DNA of 64,000 nucleotides from Escherichia coli (GCA_025336725.1 GCA_025336725.1_3647.1); one strand, 5' to 3'. Shown: positions 29,189 to 39,195, counted from the stretch's first letter. Notes: generated from the letters alone by a model not told the origin. Numbers and translations: made by a program.

Positions 29189-29740
29189 TTACTGACCGCT
29201 GTCTGTAACCGCTTGACCAGCATCGGGTGAAGGGAAATGTGTGGTTACTTCAGCCTTTATTCCCTGGAGATCTTCAAAAGCCCCAATGTCTGTCTCAACA
29301 AACCTTACGTTAAATGTCAACATTACAGTGGCTCTATTTTCATACGTCTGCTTATTCAACGGCACCCTTTGAGGTGAGATTGTTGAATTGTTAGAGTAGG
29401 CAAAGCACGATCCCAGAGGGAAATACTTGTCATAAAACATTGGGAGATTTATTGCTTGCAGCACTCTACTCAGTGCAGCATATGCCCTGCCACGATAAGC
29501 TGTTAACAGATAAGTAACAGTGTAACTATGGGTGACGTAAGCATTACCCTCCGCATCTTGAAACTCATTGTCTTCCCAAGTGGTAGGATTGATCGCCAAT
29601 GTTTGTAAAAGTACAAACTCACCTTCCGGCTTCGGTATGGTAGAACTTTCTGCCAGAACCACAGTTCTTCCTGTAGCAACCTTGACGAGTTTAGCAATAG
29701 TGGTTTCAAGATCAGAAAAAACTTTTTCGAAAGCTTCCAT
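29189..29740 (-). CDS. hypothetical head-tail joining / tail completion protein
   Basis: 183 aa ORF between the head and tail modules. Confidence 0.35.
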   Translation of the reverse strand: MEAFEKVFSDLETTIAKLVKVATGRTVVLAESSTIPKPEGEFVLLQTLAINPTTWEDNEFQDAEGNAYVTHSYTVTYLLTAYRGRAYAALSRVLQAINLPMFYDKYFPLGSCFAYSNNSTISPQRVPLNKQTYENRATVMLTFNVRFVETDIGAFEDLQGIKAEVTTHFPSPDAGQAVTDSGQ

Positions 29741-30165
29741 TAGTTTTCTCCTTCAGGCTCTTCTACCACAAAAAATCTATATCTTCCCCCACCAGACGTG
29801 ATATATGCATCACACTTTAAAACGGTAAACCATTTCAAGTCACCGCGGATGTCAGGCAGTTGAATTTGATCAGCCATTGCATACGTTCCTTCATCCGGAC
29901 TATACAACTTGGTTGATGAGTAAACTGTAAAAGCCTCATACTGTCTGTCACCCTCAGGGTTTATTTGAGAGGAGTAATCTTTAGCTGCCCTTCCTGTCAA
30001 CGGCTGCACAACACACTCTAAGACATCAAACTCTTCATATTCAAGTTCTAACCCCTCGTTAGCAAAAGGCCCACCAATTGTTTTGTTATACACTCTGTGG
30101 CGACCTTTGAATGTTTTACGAGGTATTAGCCTGTTCTTTCCTATCAGCCTATAACCTGCTGCCAC
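29740..30165 (-). CDS. hypothetical head-tail joining protein
   Basis: 141 aa ORF between the head and tail modules; start overlaps the upstream stop. Confidence 0.35.
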   Translation of the reverse strand: MAAGYRLIGKNRLIPRKTFKGRHRVYNKTIGGPFANEGLELEYEEFDVLECVVQPLTGRAAKDYSSQINPEGDRQYEAFTVYSSTKLYSPDEGTYAMADQIQLPDIRGDLKWFTVLKCDAYITSGGGRYRFFVVEEPEGEN

Positions 30166-30174
30166 TCAACCCCC

Positions 30175-30651
30175 TTATTTTTGCTGTCCAATTTTAAAGG
30201 TTGCAGATTCAAGCAGCACATCGTAATGCCGCATAGCTTCGTTGAAGCCCTTCTCTTGTGCCCACTGCTCACTAACCGTAGGATTACTAAACTGCCCCGC
30301 CTCAATAACAAACTGGATAGCTTTAGCCCCTGTATCCCCCATCTGCTTAAGAATAGCCTCTGCACTTGATCCTCTAGCCATAGCTCTCAACAATTTTTCT
30401 GTCAAGGTCTGCAGTTGCGTGCTGTGAAATGCAAAGGCCGTCTCCATGAAATTGCGAACAGGCAGCCCGTTCCAACCGAAGTTGTGAATAGCTGCCAATG
30501 TTGCCATATTTAAGCCTGACGGGTGAGGTTCATCATAAAAGCCGTAGGTTATTGTTTTGCTTTCTAGTTTCACAAGGTCTTTGTAAAAGCGATCTAAACG
30601 CTTTAGGTTGAACCTGGTTTGACATCTAACCTTTAGCATTATATTCCTCAC
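30175..30651 (-). CDS. hypothetical head-tail joining / neck protein
   Basis: 158 aa ORF between the head and tail modules. Confidence 0.35.
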   Translation of the reverse strand: MRNIMLKVRCQTRFNLKRLDRFYKDLVKLESKTITYGFYDEPHPSGLNMATLAAIHNFGWNGLPVRNFMETAFAFHSTQLQTLTEKLLRAMARGSSAEAILKQMGDTGAKAIQFVIEAGQFSNPTVSEQWAQEKGFNEAMRHYDVLLESATFKIGQQK

Positions 30652-30692
30652 TAATGTATTTTACCACAAAGATACATCAAAAGCAACAATTT

Positions 30693-31313
30693 TTAAAAAC
30701 TGCGTTTGCGTCTTGGGTGGCGAGGAGGTTGGTTATTTAGACCACTGATAGGTGTAATCCCCTGGACATCGAACGGTCCGTTGCTGTTTTCATTAAATTT
30801 AACCCGAATTCCTTCATCTACACGAACACCCCCAATGATAATCATTCTGCTGTAAGCATCTAGCTCAGAATCTACATAGTCTGGGTTTGCCAGCAACCAA
30901 TCAAGGAAATCTTTCCATTGGGCGTAGGAAGATCCACCACGAATCTCTATGGTCTCATCACCTATTTTTTCCAGACGGGAAGTTATACTTGCATTACCGC
31001 TGGACACTTCCTGCATCATCAGCCACCGCACAAGCTGCACAAGCACATTGTACTTAAGTAGGGGAAGCTTATCAGGGTCTGCCGGATAATTTAATTTCAA
31101 CTTTTCCATGTCAAGGAATGTTTTAATTACCTCATCAGGGAGGGTTTCCTCATCAACATTGCCAAGCAACAACCTCATAATATTAATAAGAGGTTGGTCT
31201 GGATCAGGTTCCGGAGGTACAGGATCTTCTTTTGGTGGTTCTTCTGGGGTATCGACTACACCATCATGGTTAGGCGGGGACGGGATAATCTCTTCATCTT
31301 CATACCATGCCAT
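30693..31313 (-). CDS. hypothetical structural protein (Pro/Glu-rich N-terminal linker)
   Basis: Track ORF 30693-31370 reads through the upstream hairpin; likely start is ATG at 31311-31313 (MAWYEDEE) with GAGG RBS; contains PPKEDPVPPEPDPDQP linker. Confidence 0.4.
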   Translation of the reverse strand: MAWYEDEEIIPSPPNHDGVVDTPEEPPKEDPVPPEPDPDQPLINIMRLLLGNVDEETLPDEVIKTFLDMEKLKLNYPADPDKLPLLKYNVLVQLVRWLMMQEVSSGNASITSRLEKIGDETIEIRGGSSYAQWKDFLDWLLANPDYVDSELDAYSRMIIIGGVRVDEGIRVKFNENSNGPFDVQGITPISGLNNQPPRHPRRKRSF

Positions 31314-31326
31314 TTGAAAATACCTC

Positions 31327-31362
31327 GTAAAAATAAAGCCCCATTCCTGATTTGGAAGGGGC
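31327..31362 (-). terminator. intercistronic hairpin / weak terminator
   Basis: GCCCC / GGGGC stem with 15-nt loop followed by UUUAUUUUUAC on the minus transcript. Confidence 0.35.
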
Positions 31363-31372
31363 CTTAACAAAA

Positions 31373-32188
31373 TTATGCCAGTGCAGCCTCAAAATCTTTC
31401 ATCATATTTTGGAAAGTTTTTGCCTTACTTAAGGTAACACCGTGCTCTTTAGCGAAGGTTTGGAGTGCATCTTTTGAACCACTTTTGTCATCTTCGTTGT
31501 TAAGAGCTGCGGCCTGTTTAAGGATTTCATCCTTATTCTCAACAGCTGCAGATGCGAAAGAGGCTACAGTCACATCTTGTGGATCTGCTACAGGACCTTC
31601 ACCGTCACCCTCAAGAGGTGGTTCCGGAACTTCAGGTTCAGGCTCTGGGGCCACTGTAGAGGTCAGCCCAAGATTTACAACCTGAGAGCGTTTCTTAGGC
31701 CATTCGATGGTGAAAGTTTGGGTATCTTCTTCATAAACAATGTTGCATTGCTCATCGTTTATGGTCACTTTCTTAGGCATACCTTCAGGGTCCCACAGAT
31801 GGCCCTCTGCAACGGAAACTTGGAAAGCAGCATCTACTTCTTTAAATACTGACGGGGTGAGTGTGATATTGACATCCCCACTTTGCAGTGTTAAAGTGCT
31901 TTCATCAAGGTTTTCTGTGAAGAACAGAAGAATAACACCCATACGGATAGTTGAAATACCAGTATCAATTGGCAGGCCTGTGTGTTTTGCAATCTTCTGG
32001 AAGAAGTCTACAATCGTTCTACATGGATAGTGAACACTGCCAATAACGAATTCTGTTGGGGGCAGCAGAGCTGATAAACCAACATTGATTTCTGGATTGT
32101 ATTGTGCTAAAAATTGATAAAAACTTAATTGATTGTTGAAAACTCTTAATAGAGGATCATACTCAACTGGATATACGGCTCTCTTCAC
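31373..32188 (-). CDS. hypothetical head-associated protein
   Basis: 271 aa; immediately downstream of the capsid gene; contains PEPEPEVPEPP linker. Confidence 0.35.
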   Translation of the reverse strand: MKRAVYPVEYDPLLRVFNNQLSFYQFLAQYNPEINVGLSALLPPTEFVIGSVHYPCRTIVDFFQKIAKHTGLPIDTGISTIRMGVILLFFTENLDESTLTLQSGDVNITLTPSVFKEVDAAFQVSVAEGHLWDPEGMPKKVTINDEQCNIVYEEDTQTFTIEWPKKRSQVVNLGLTSTVAPEPEPEVPEPPLEGDGEGPVADPQDVTVASFASAAVENKDEILKQAAALNNEDDKSGSKDALQTFAKEHGVTLSKAKTFQNMMKDFEAALA

Positions 32189-32267
32189 GGGACACTCCTG
32201 TTAAACCCTAATAAAATAAAAAAGGGGGGGAGAACCCCTCCCCATATGGGATGAATCACCTTAGTGA

Positions 32268-33278
32268 TTAGCCACCGTTTTTCAGAGTTACTTTAACAAC
32301 CAGCTCTGGACGGGTGTTAACTGCCAGCATAGAAGTTTCAGATTCAATCTTCTCTTCACGCAGGTATGCAGAGTGTTTATACCACATATACAGTTCCTGT
32401 GCTGGGGTATTTGCTTCGTTAACATCGTCTGCCGGAGCAAAGTGCAGCTGGAACATCTGATCAATACCCATCGGCAGAATGCGAGCTTCTTTCGTAGGAA
32501 TATTGCCAGAGATATCTTCGATAAAGGTGATACCTTTATGCTCAAACACACGGTATACGCTGTCTTGACCGCCAGCACCAAGACGGCGACGCAGAGGTTC
32601 CTGAGCAGAGCCGTAATAGGTGTATGCCAGTTCTACCAGAGGGTGATGGGTAATAGCACTGAAGAACTCCGGTGAGCACAGAGCTACAATACGATAGCCA
32701 GCTGCGTTATCGCCAGCTTGCAGCGCGATGTGCAGACGAGCTTCTTCCAGAACCTCCATCGGATCCTGATCTGCTTTTGCAGGGTCGATCTCAACAGATT
32801 TCTGAGACACACCCCACAGAGTGTAGTAGTCATACTGACAAGTTGTGTCGCCAGGTGCATAGGATTTACCCAGAATAGCCTGGAACAGCGCTTTCTCACG
32901 CAGTGCTTCATGAGAAACACGGATACGGCGAACAACGCGGGTTACTACGTCCTGAACAGTTTTCGGAGCATCAGGGGTGAAGTAACGACGGAAGTTCTGA
33001 ACATCTGCGGCAGTGATGCCTTTATCCAGAGGGAAGAACGGGATGTTCAGGTTTTTAACCTGGGCACGTTCACTACCAACGTAGTTACGCTCACCACCAC
33101 GACGGCGTGCCGGAATGTCGGTTACAACTTCATCAACACGCTCGATCTGAGCAATTGTTGAGGTGCCGAGACGGGTTTCGAACAGATCCATACCAGTGAT
33201 CAGTCGGAATTGGCGCGGAACAAGGTCCAGAGTAGCACCTAAATCAACAATGCCAAATTCATCTTTACGAGTAATCAT
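32268..33278 (-). CDS. major capsid protein (lambda gpE-like)
   Basis: 336 aa; directly downstream of a decoration-like and a scaffold-like gene (portal-scaffold-D-E order as in lambda); size matches gpE-family capsid proteins. Confidence 0.6.
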   Translation of the reverse strand: MITRKDEFGIVDLGATLDLVPRQFRLITGMDLFETRLGTSTIAQIERVDEVVTDIPARRRGGERNYVGSERAQVKNLNIPFFPLDKGITAADVQNFRRYFTPDAPKTVQDVVTRVVRRIRVSHEALREKALFQAILGKSYAPGDTTCQYDYYTLWGVSQKSVEIDPAKADQDPMEVLEEARLHIALQAGDNAAGYRIVALCSPEFFSAITHHPLVELAYTYYGSAQEPLRRRLGAGGQDSVYRVFEHKGITFIEDISGNIPTKEARILPMGIDQMFQLHFAPADDVNEANTPAQELYMWYKHSAYLREEKIESETSMLAVNTRPELVVKVTLKNGG

Positions 33279-33328
33279 TTATTTCTCCAAAGTAAAACTT
33301 AAATATTTCCCGAACAATTTAGGGCTTA

Positions 33329-33715
33329 TTATTCACCAATAGTCTGGACGTGAACTTTGTTACCTAAAGCTTCCAACTTATCCAGAATTCTTTGGTCTGC
33401 TTTAGCTCCGTCTGCACCTAACAGCATATCTTTTGCAAAGGTAACACCGTGGACGGCAACAACCAGGTTATAGGACTGACCCACTTCTAATGGTTTTGCA
33501 AGATGAACTTTTCCTGCATCTTTGACAAGAGCACGGTCAACAAGAACGCCGTACACATCAGAACCGTCTGCGTTAGCGATAGTCCCAGTTTTTGTTACAA
33601 CAGTGCCAGCGTGGTGATGCTCTGTCAGTGTTACCTTGATCTCTTTAAAATTGTAGCCAGCATCGCTAGAATCAACTTTGCCGAGCACGATATCAGAATA
33701 TTGAGCGGTAATCAT
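33329..33715 (-). CDS. head decoration protein (lambda gpD-like)
   Basis: 128 aa; position immediately upstream of the capsid gene; Gly/Val/Ala-rich beta-type sequence. Confidence 0.45.
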   Translation of the reverse strand: MITAQYSDIVLGKVDSSDAGYNFKEIKVTLTEHHHAGTVVTKTGTIANADGSDVYGVLVDRALVKDAGKVHLAKPLEVGQSYNLVVAVHGVTFAKDMLLGADGAKADQRILDKLEALGNKVHVQTIGE

Positions 33716-33735
33716 TTATTTCCCCCGTTAATGTC

Positions 33736-34209
33736 TTATTTGTTAGATTCTGCACGTGCACGAGCAAGTGCTTTTGCAACGTTTTCAGCAAGAATTTCTT
33801 CTGCGGATTTTGCAATATCATCCACAACAGGTTCGCCATCATTACCATGTTCAGTGGTGGCAAACTCTTCTTTGGTTTTATGCACCTCTGCTTCCAGCTC
33901 TTCAATTTTTGCTTGAGCTTTCTCCAGCATAGCTACGATAGGTTCGTTAGCTTTTTCCAGCATGAAGTCAACCAGGGTTGCATGATCTTCTTCACCAACA
34001 AAGCTTAAAGCTTGAGCTTTAGCCAGCATTTTAGCTTTTTCAACTTCAACCTGGGCCTTGATGATTTCTTCAGCTTTACTCTGGGTTGCTTTCAGCTCTT
34101 CTACTTGCTTCAGCAGATCCAGATACTCTTTAGTTTTGGTTACGTCCACCGGATTCTCCTCGGTATTTGCGGATTTTGCAACATCATCCACCTCGGTAGT
34201 TTTATCCAC
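33736..34209 (-). CDS. scaffolding protein
   Basis: 157 aa, highly charged and helical (EELKATQSKAEEIIKAQVEVEKAKMLAKAQ...KIEELEAEVHKTKEE); located between portal and capsid genes. Confidence 0.5.
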   Translation of the reverse strand: MDKTTEVDDVAKSANTEENPVDVTKTKEYLDLLKQVEELKATQSKAEEIIKAQVEVEKAKMLAKAQALSFVGEEDHATLVDFMLEKANEPIVAMLEKAQAKIEELEAEVHKTKEEFATTEHGNDGEPVVDDIAKSAEEILAENVAKALARARAESNK

Positions 34210-34229
34210 CTCAGCAGGTTCCTGTCTAC

Positions 34230-34715
34230 TTAACAGATCAGGTTCCCTTCTTTATCGAAGAGATCAGCGGTTACTTGTTCAAAAATCTGTTGTGTTTTTA
34301 ACGAACTGCTCTGATCTACCACGTTAAGCTGCTTGCCTTCTTTTGCAGCTTTATGAATGGTCACGTTATCACAACGCTCTTCCAGCCATGCAATGCAAGA
34401 CTCTGCGTCAGCTTGCGCCCATTCCCAATCAGGATGCTCTTTAGCCCAAGCTTCCTCTTCAATCTCAAAACCAAGCATGTGTGCGAGTGCTTTGGCATCG
34501 TCATACCACATATCGAAGAAACGACGCAGGTATTCTTCAAAACTCAGCTCCACAGTAACTTGGCGAAGTGCCTTAACAATATCGTCTGTTAACTGCTCAG
34601 GCTGAAGATCACTCTTCATCAAAAGAGATACAGGTCTGTTGTTAGCGCTATAGCCTTGCGCCTTATGGCACAGGGCAATCCCCTTCTCTTTAATAGTGAT
34701 TGTTTTTTCAGACAT
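34230..34715 (-). CDS. hypothetical head morphogenesis protein
   Basis: 161 aa ORF in the head module. Confidence 0.35.
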   Translation of the reverse strand: MSEKTITIKEKGIALCHKAQGYSANNRPVSLLMKSDLQPEQLTDDIVKALRQVTVELSFEEYLRRFFDMWYDDAKALAHMLGFEIEEEAWAKEHPDWEWAQADAESCIAWLEERCDNVTIHKAAKEGKQLNVVDQSSSLKTQQIFEQVTADLFDKEGNLIC

Positions 34716-35134
34716 TATTCATTGCCCTCTTCTACAACACTGATCCCGAAATTTACATTGGTAATTTCGCCCGTCTCTTCATCAACATTACCTGTTGCCT
34801 GAATGCTTAGGCCACCAACAATGCCAGCCTTCTTAGCTTCCCATAATTCAGGATTATTGTATTTAACTTTAGCAACCCAAGAGCCAGCCTTGATGACCTG
34901 CTCAGTACCAATTACTACAACATCAAACTCTTCTTGAATCCACGTCTTTTCAATAGTGAAAGCATCTGTAGAGGTCAAGTGAAAAAGGTTTTCAGAAACT
35001 AGGCCTGCGGCGTATGCTGCGTCCCAATTATCTTTAGCCTTTTTGATAGTGTCTTTACTCATCCACTCACCGTGAGCATCTTTAGTGTCAGGTTCGTAGA
35101 TGATTTCGTAGGAAATCATTTCTTCCTGTGGCAT
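34715..35134 (-). CDS. hypothetical head morphogenesis protein (possible prohead protease)
   Basis: Track ORF 34715-35290 overlaps the portal gene by 88 nt; likely start is the internal ATG at 35132-35134 (MPQEEMISYEI). Function by position only. Confidence 0.3.
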   Translation of the reverse strand: MPQEEMISYEIIYEPDTKDAHGEWMSKDTIKKAKDNWDAAYAAGLVSENLFHLTSTDAFTIEKTWIQEEFDVVVIGTEQVIKAGSWVAKVKYNNPELWEAKKAGIVGGLSIQATGNVDEETGEITNVNFGISVVEEGNE

Positions 35135-35201
35135 CTTATTCCCCATGTGGATTATTTTATCACGCCAAAGGAGGTTTTGCAACCCCCTGTGTTGATAATT
35201 T

Positions 35202-36758
35202 TTAATTTTCCATGTTAGATATGGAATTATCTCTGGTTGATGACATCTTAGAAGTGCCGTTGCCAGTGGATCCTGCAGCCATACCATCACCAGCTCTACT
35301 GATGTCCTGGCCCAAGAGTTTCATTAGCTCTTCCTGATCCATGTCCTCGTCAAATCTTTCATCAAACCCGCCTACTTCAAGAATCTTATTAATTACTGCA
35401 GGAGTTTTTGGCAAGTAACCTACAGCACCGATCCTCTGGACAAACTTGGAGAAGCTCTCCATGTCCACTTCTTCAATCAGACCGGGTTTCAGTTTAGGCA
35501 TATCATCATCTTCAAGGATGATACCATTCAATGCCAGAAGCTGTGGAATAAGATCTTTATTGAAGGCCTCAGTGATAATATCTATATCACGCTGAACAAA
35601 ATGCCCATGGATAGACTGTTTTGACTCAGACAGGGAGAAGGATCCAACGTTATCGTTACCGAGGTTAATAAATCCAGCACCGAAACGGTCAAGAATCGCC
35701 TTCTTACGGGCATCAATCAAATCTTTAGTTGAATACTGCTTACCCATGCCGTCAACACCCTTCAGGGTCATGGAGTAAAGCTCTTTACCAGACTTATCTC
35801 TATCAGACGGAAGTATAAAGAAACTTTGCTCCCCACTGTGGGCATTTGCTGCGTCAAGCATAAGATCTGCAACCATTCTCCCTTCCATTGAATTCGGGTC
35901 AATACTGGCCTTGTTCAGAATATTGGAAGGAATTTTCAGCTCAAGCACACCACCAAGGTCTTTGGAGCAGCCAACAACCTCAAGGTTTTCAATCAGAACT
36001 TTCTCACGGAAAGATCTGTAGCAACCTATCATCGGTGACACACCTGCAGGATTAGACTCTGTTCCTGACAAGGTCATGAGCATAAGCTTCTTGGCAGGGA
36101 TGAAAATTTCAGGCTCATTAAAGCCTTTTGAAGGCATTGCAGCAAGAGGACCAGCCCAGCGTGCATTCTGCGTGTTTAGAAATGCATTAGGTGATTGATA
36201 AATACCTGTCAGTGTTCTACTATTCTTGTCAAAGACAAACGGCTCTGATCTGGACAAACTGGCCTGAGGTCGGAATGCAATTTTATCAATAAGAAGCATC
36301 CCGGCATATTTACCTTCTTTCTCTCTGCGGTATACTTTCTCAAACAGTGAAAAACCATACTCGTTAAAGGTAGCTGCGCTTCTTGCAATATCTCGAAGAG
36401 TTTGCTGGTTTGCCAAATTACGCAAAGAATACTCTATAAGCTCGGCAGCTTTCCTAGAGTCTTCACTTTTAACATTATAAAGGATCTTAAAATCATTAAA
36501 TGCTTTCGTGATGAAAACATATTTTGTATCTAAGGCAGTAGCAACTGTGGAATCACATTTCATAGTCTCCACTGTGGCAATCAGCTGAGGCCAACGCAAT
36601 TCCTCAACCATCATAGATTGTGATTCTGCCATAATTTGGGAAAGTGCGCCAGAACCGATCTCACTCATACGAACATTATGAGTTGGTGCGCCTGCGTTCC
36701 CAGATTTATTCACAGTTTTGGCTGTGGCGTTGTGTTTCCTGCGGTTCTTTTTGGACAC
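35202..36758 (-). CDS. portal protein
   Basis: 518 aa; immediately downstream of the terminase gene; acidic C-terminus; GTG start with GAGGGG RBS (an internal ATG start is also possible). Confidence 0.6.
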   Translation of the reverse strand: MSKKNRRKHNATAKTVNKSGNAGAPTHNVRMSEIGSGALSQIMAESQSMMVEELRWPQLIATVETMKCDSTVATALDTKYVFITKAFNDFKILYNVKSEDSRKAAELIEYSLRNLANQQTLRDIARSAATFNEYGFSLFEKVYRREKEGKYAGMLLIDKIAFRPQASLSRSEPFVFDKNSRTLTGIYQSPNAFLNTQNARWAGPLAAMPSKGFNEPEIFIPAKKLMLMTLSGTESNPAGVSPMIGCYRSFREKVLIENLEVVGCSKDLGGVLELKIPSNILNKASIDPNSMEGRMVADLMLDAANAHSGEQSFFILPSDRDKSGKELYSMTLKGVDGMGKQYSTKDLIDARKKAILDRFGAGFINLGNDNVGSFSLSESKQSIHGHFVQRDIDIITEAFNKDLIPQLLALNGIILEDDDMPKLKPGLIEEVDMESFSKFVQRIGAVGYLPKTPAVINKILEVGGFDERFDEDMDQEELMKLLGQDISRAGDGMAAGSTGNGTSKMSSTRDNSISNMEN

Positions 36759-36775
36759 AAGCTTTACCCCTCAAA

Positions 36776-36810
36776 ACAGTATAACAAAATAGCCCTCGTG
36801 TCAGAGGGCT
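36776..36810 (-). terminator. terminator/attenuator hairpin between terminase and portal genes
   Basis: Hairpin AGCCCUC-N6-GAGGGCU followed by AUUUUGUUAUACUGUUUUG on the minus transcript. Confidence 0.45.
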
Positions 36811-36860
36811 AGTATCTCCGATTACTCTATTCTACCACATCTAATTAAGATTGGCAACAC

Positions 36861-38003
36861 TTAGATAAAACGCTTGAACATAGAGGGTGATGAGATTGAT
36901 GGAATCACACAAGGCAGCGCTACCTCCTCTTTCTCCAGGAAATTAATCGCAGAAGCTACACAGTCGGCCCAGTCGTCTTTTCTGTTAAATGTTGATCTTT
37001 CCCCGTTGAATTTTTCAAGTTCAGTCAGAAATGCTTCCAGAGTATCAGGATGAAAACTGGATTTTACAATCCTCACCATCCCTTGTTGGGCAAGATTGGC
37101 AAAAGGTGAGAACCTTGTCAGTTTAGATTTGTTGGAAGGCATTGGGTCTTCTTCAACCCTGAACCCTTCGGCGAGCAAGGATCTGGATGAGGTTAAGAAC
37201 TCACTCTTACCTGCCTGACCAGGGTCCACAGAAAATACGATTATGCAATCATCTCCATCAAACTGCGCCTGTTTTCTGATGATCACATCTCGTTCCCCAG
37301 CCTTTTTACAGAACTTGCCTTCCAGACCTGTGGAATACCTCCCGTCATCCACGTTCTCAGGACAATAGTCCCCAGATAGGTAATAAAAGCCGTCGCTATC
37401 TTTACTTACCTTAACACTGGCGGTAAAGTCAGGAAATTTATTACCGGAAGTTCTCTCGGTTCCTGCCTTATCCCATGCCCTGCAAGATACTGATCCAAGA
37501 GGTACTCTATCGGCATCACGAAGGAAAGATCTTTGGAAATAGTTTGCACCCTCAGGTTTGGCAAACCAGTTGCCATGAAGAAGCTGGGCTTTTTCCAGCT
37601 CTGGCAGACCTTCAAGGAAAGCAAGGTATTCTGGGTTGTCTCTCAGGCATACAGGATTATCGAAAATTGTTGCGCCTATAAACGAGAATGACAACGGTCT
37701 TGGCTTGATTTCCACACCTAGTCCATTGACCGTAGTGTATTTCTCTATTAACTCCTCTTTAGAGTCTCCCCAGATAAACTCACCGTCGCGTCGGATAAAA
37801 TATCTTTTCTTACCACATTTCTCCGGATCTGGATACCCTTCATCGTCCAACCACCACCTAACCAGTTTGGCAAGCATGTGTTCTGAGTCGGGGTTACAAC
37901 TGATAACCATTCTTGATGGATACTTTGACTGAGATCGCAGACGAGACATCAAATAGTCTATCTGCTCCCATTCGAATTGCGTGCCTTCATCGAAGCAAAC
38001 CAT
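36861..38003 (-). CDS. terminase large subunit, C-terminal portion (Walker B plus nuclease domain)
   Basis: 380 aa; starts ...MVCFDEGTQF (hydrophobic run plus DE = Walker B). In the same reading frame as the upstream 125-aa ORF, separated only by TAA at 38031-38033. Confidence 0.6.
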   Translation of the reverse strand: MVCFDEGTQFEWEQIDYLMSRLRSQSKYPSRMVISCNPDSEHMLAKLVRWWLDDEGYPDPEKCGKKRYFIRRDGEFIWGDSKEELIEKYTTVNGLGVEIKPRPLSFSFIGATIFDNPVCLRDNPEYLAFLEGLPELEKAQLLHGNWFAKPEGANYFQRSFLRDADRVPLGSVSCRAWDKAGTERTSGNKFPDFTASVKVSKDSDGFYYLSGDYCPENVDDGRYSTGLEGKFCKKAGERDVIIRKQAQFDGDDCIIVFSVDPGQAGKSEFLTSSRSLLAEGFRVEEDPMPSNKSKLTRFSPFANLAQQGMVRIVKSSFHPDTLEAFLTELEKFNGERSTFNRKDDWADCVASAINFLEKEEVALPCVIPSISSPSMFKRFI

Positions 38004-38030
38004 GGTGTATTCAAGTCCTTGATGGTTAGT

Positions 38031-38408
38031 TTATCTTGGACATACTCCATGTGGCAGTATTTTACAACGGCCTCCTTTTTTGCTCCTGTCCCACTTGCCA
38101 GTGCTCGGATCAAACCGTGGAAAAATAAACTTATGATCCTTCTCTCTGAACTTTGGTTTAATGTTTTCAGGCAGATCACTGTAAATAGCTACTGCTTTAG
38201 GCCATAGCCCACCCTCACCTTCCAACTGTGGAGTTGTTCTTCGGAACATAACCACAGAGCTGTGTGGGTCATCAATAATTTTAAGTGGCATTAGCTGCAA
38301 GAGGAACGACTTGCCAGAACCGGCTGCACCTCCGATCACCAAAATATCTGCATCGTTCTCAAGGATCATCTTCTGCTTTTCAGAACACGGTCCGTAAATC
38401 TTAGACAT
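38031..38408 (-). CDS. terminase large subunit, N-terminal ATPase portion (Walker A)
   Basis: 125 aa; Walker A VIGGAAGSGKSF; ends at an in-frame TAA 27 nt before the Walker-B ORF. Confidence 0.6.
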   Translation of the reverse strand: MSKIYGPCSEKQKMILENDADILVIGGAAGSGKSFLLQLMPLKIIDDPHSSVVMFRRTTPQLEGEGGLWPKAVAIYSDLPENIKPKFREKDHKFIFPRFDPSTGKWDRSKKGGRCKILPHGVCPR

Positions 38409-38695
38409 TAACCTCTCTCCTTTGGAAACAGTGTTCTTATATAGTCTTGCAAAATGATCAATTTAGCTCTATCATTACTACAAGACAGGTTATTATCCCT
38501 CATAATGCCAGAATTCACCGCATCTGGCGCACCTTTCTTCAAAGGGATAGCTTTAGCAGGTGGTTTCATAGCACCCTCGGGAGGTTTAACAATCAACCTT
38601 CCTACATCAGGAGGGTCAATCTTATATTCTTTTTCGACACTTGTCGCACATCCGCACAGCAGTAAGCAAGCAACTAACAATACGGTGGCTCTCAT
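38408..38695 (-). CDS. o-spanin (Rz1-like outer-membrane lipoprotein)
   Basis: 95 aa; signal peptide with lipobox-like LLLCGC; Pro-rich mature region (PPDVGRLIVKPPEGAMKPPAKAIPLKKGAPD); overlaps the i-spanin gene end by 4 nt. Confidence 0.5.
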   Translation of the reverse strand: MRATVLLVACLLLCGCATSVEKEYKIDPPDVGRLIVKPPEGAMKPPAKAIPLKKGAPDAVNSGIMRDNNLSCSNDRAKLIILQDYIRTLFPKERG

Positions 38696-39090
38696 CTACC
38701 CTCCTGATTTATACTCTCATTATAAATCTCTATAAGCTGATCAGGGAGTGTTGACTTCTTACCCTCAGGAGACTGGAGGTAAATAATCTGCTTTTCTTTA
38801 CCTGCCTTCTCAGCTATACTTAATTTATCCTGCAGGTCAGAAAGGGATTTTTCAAGGTTTTTAACCTCCTCTGCGTGACCCATTTTAATCCTGTCCGCTT
38901 GCTTTTGTTGCTGATCAAGGATCCGTTCCCACTTCAACTCTGTTGCTGTCACACCTTCCTGGTAAGCAGTGTCAAGCTTAGAATTAAACCAATATACGGC
39001 ACCAAGATAGGCTATACCAAGAGTTGCTGCAAAAACTAAACCTTTTATGACCCCTTTATACCTGCCCAGTCCTGTTAAAACTGAAATCAT
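38692..39090 (-). CDS. i-spanin (Rz-like)
   Basis: Likely start ATG 39088-39090 (MISVLTGLG...) with GGAG RBS; N-terminal transmembrane helix then coiled-coil periplasmic domain (QQQKQADRIKMGHAEEVKNLEKSLSDLQDKL). Confidence 0.5.
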   Translation of the reverse strand: MISVLTGLGRYKGVIKGLVFAATLGIAYLGAVYWFNSKLDTAYQEGVTATELKWERILDQQQKQADRIKMGHAEEVKNLEKSLSDLQDKLSIAEKAGKEKQIIYLQSPEGKKSTLPDQLIEIYNESINQEGR

Positions 39091-39195
39091 TTTACGGCTC
39101 CAGAAACGAAAAAACCCCGCAGCCATACAGCTAACGGGGCGGGTTAAAATTGAGTAACCTAAATAGATCGAAACTAACTAAAAGGAGACTAATAC

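Noticed and set aside
38031-38033. Stop-codon reassignment (TAA read as sense) to explain the in-frame stop in the terminase
   Set aside because: TAA terminates many well-supported genes in this window (for example the fibre genes at 171 and 1226), so recoding is not supported; an error or local readthrough is more likely.
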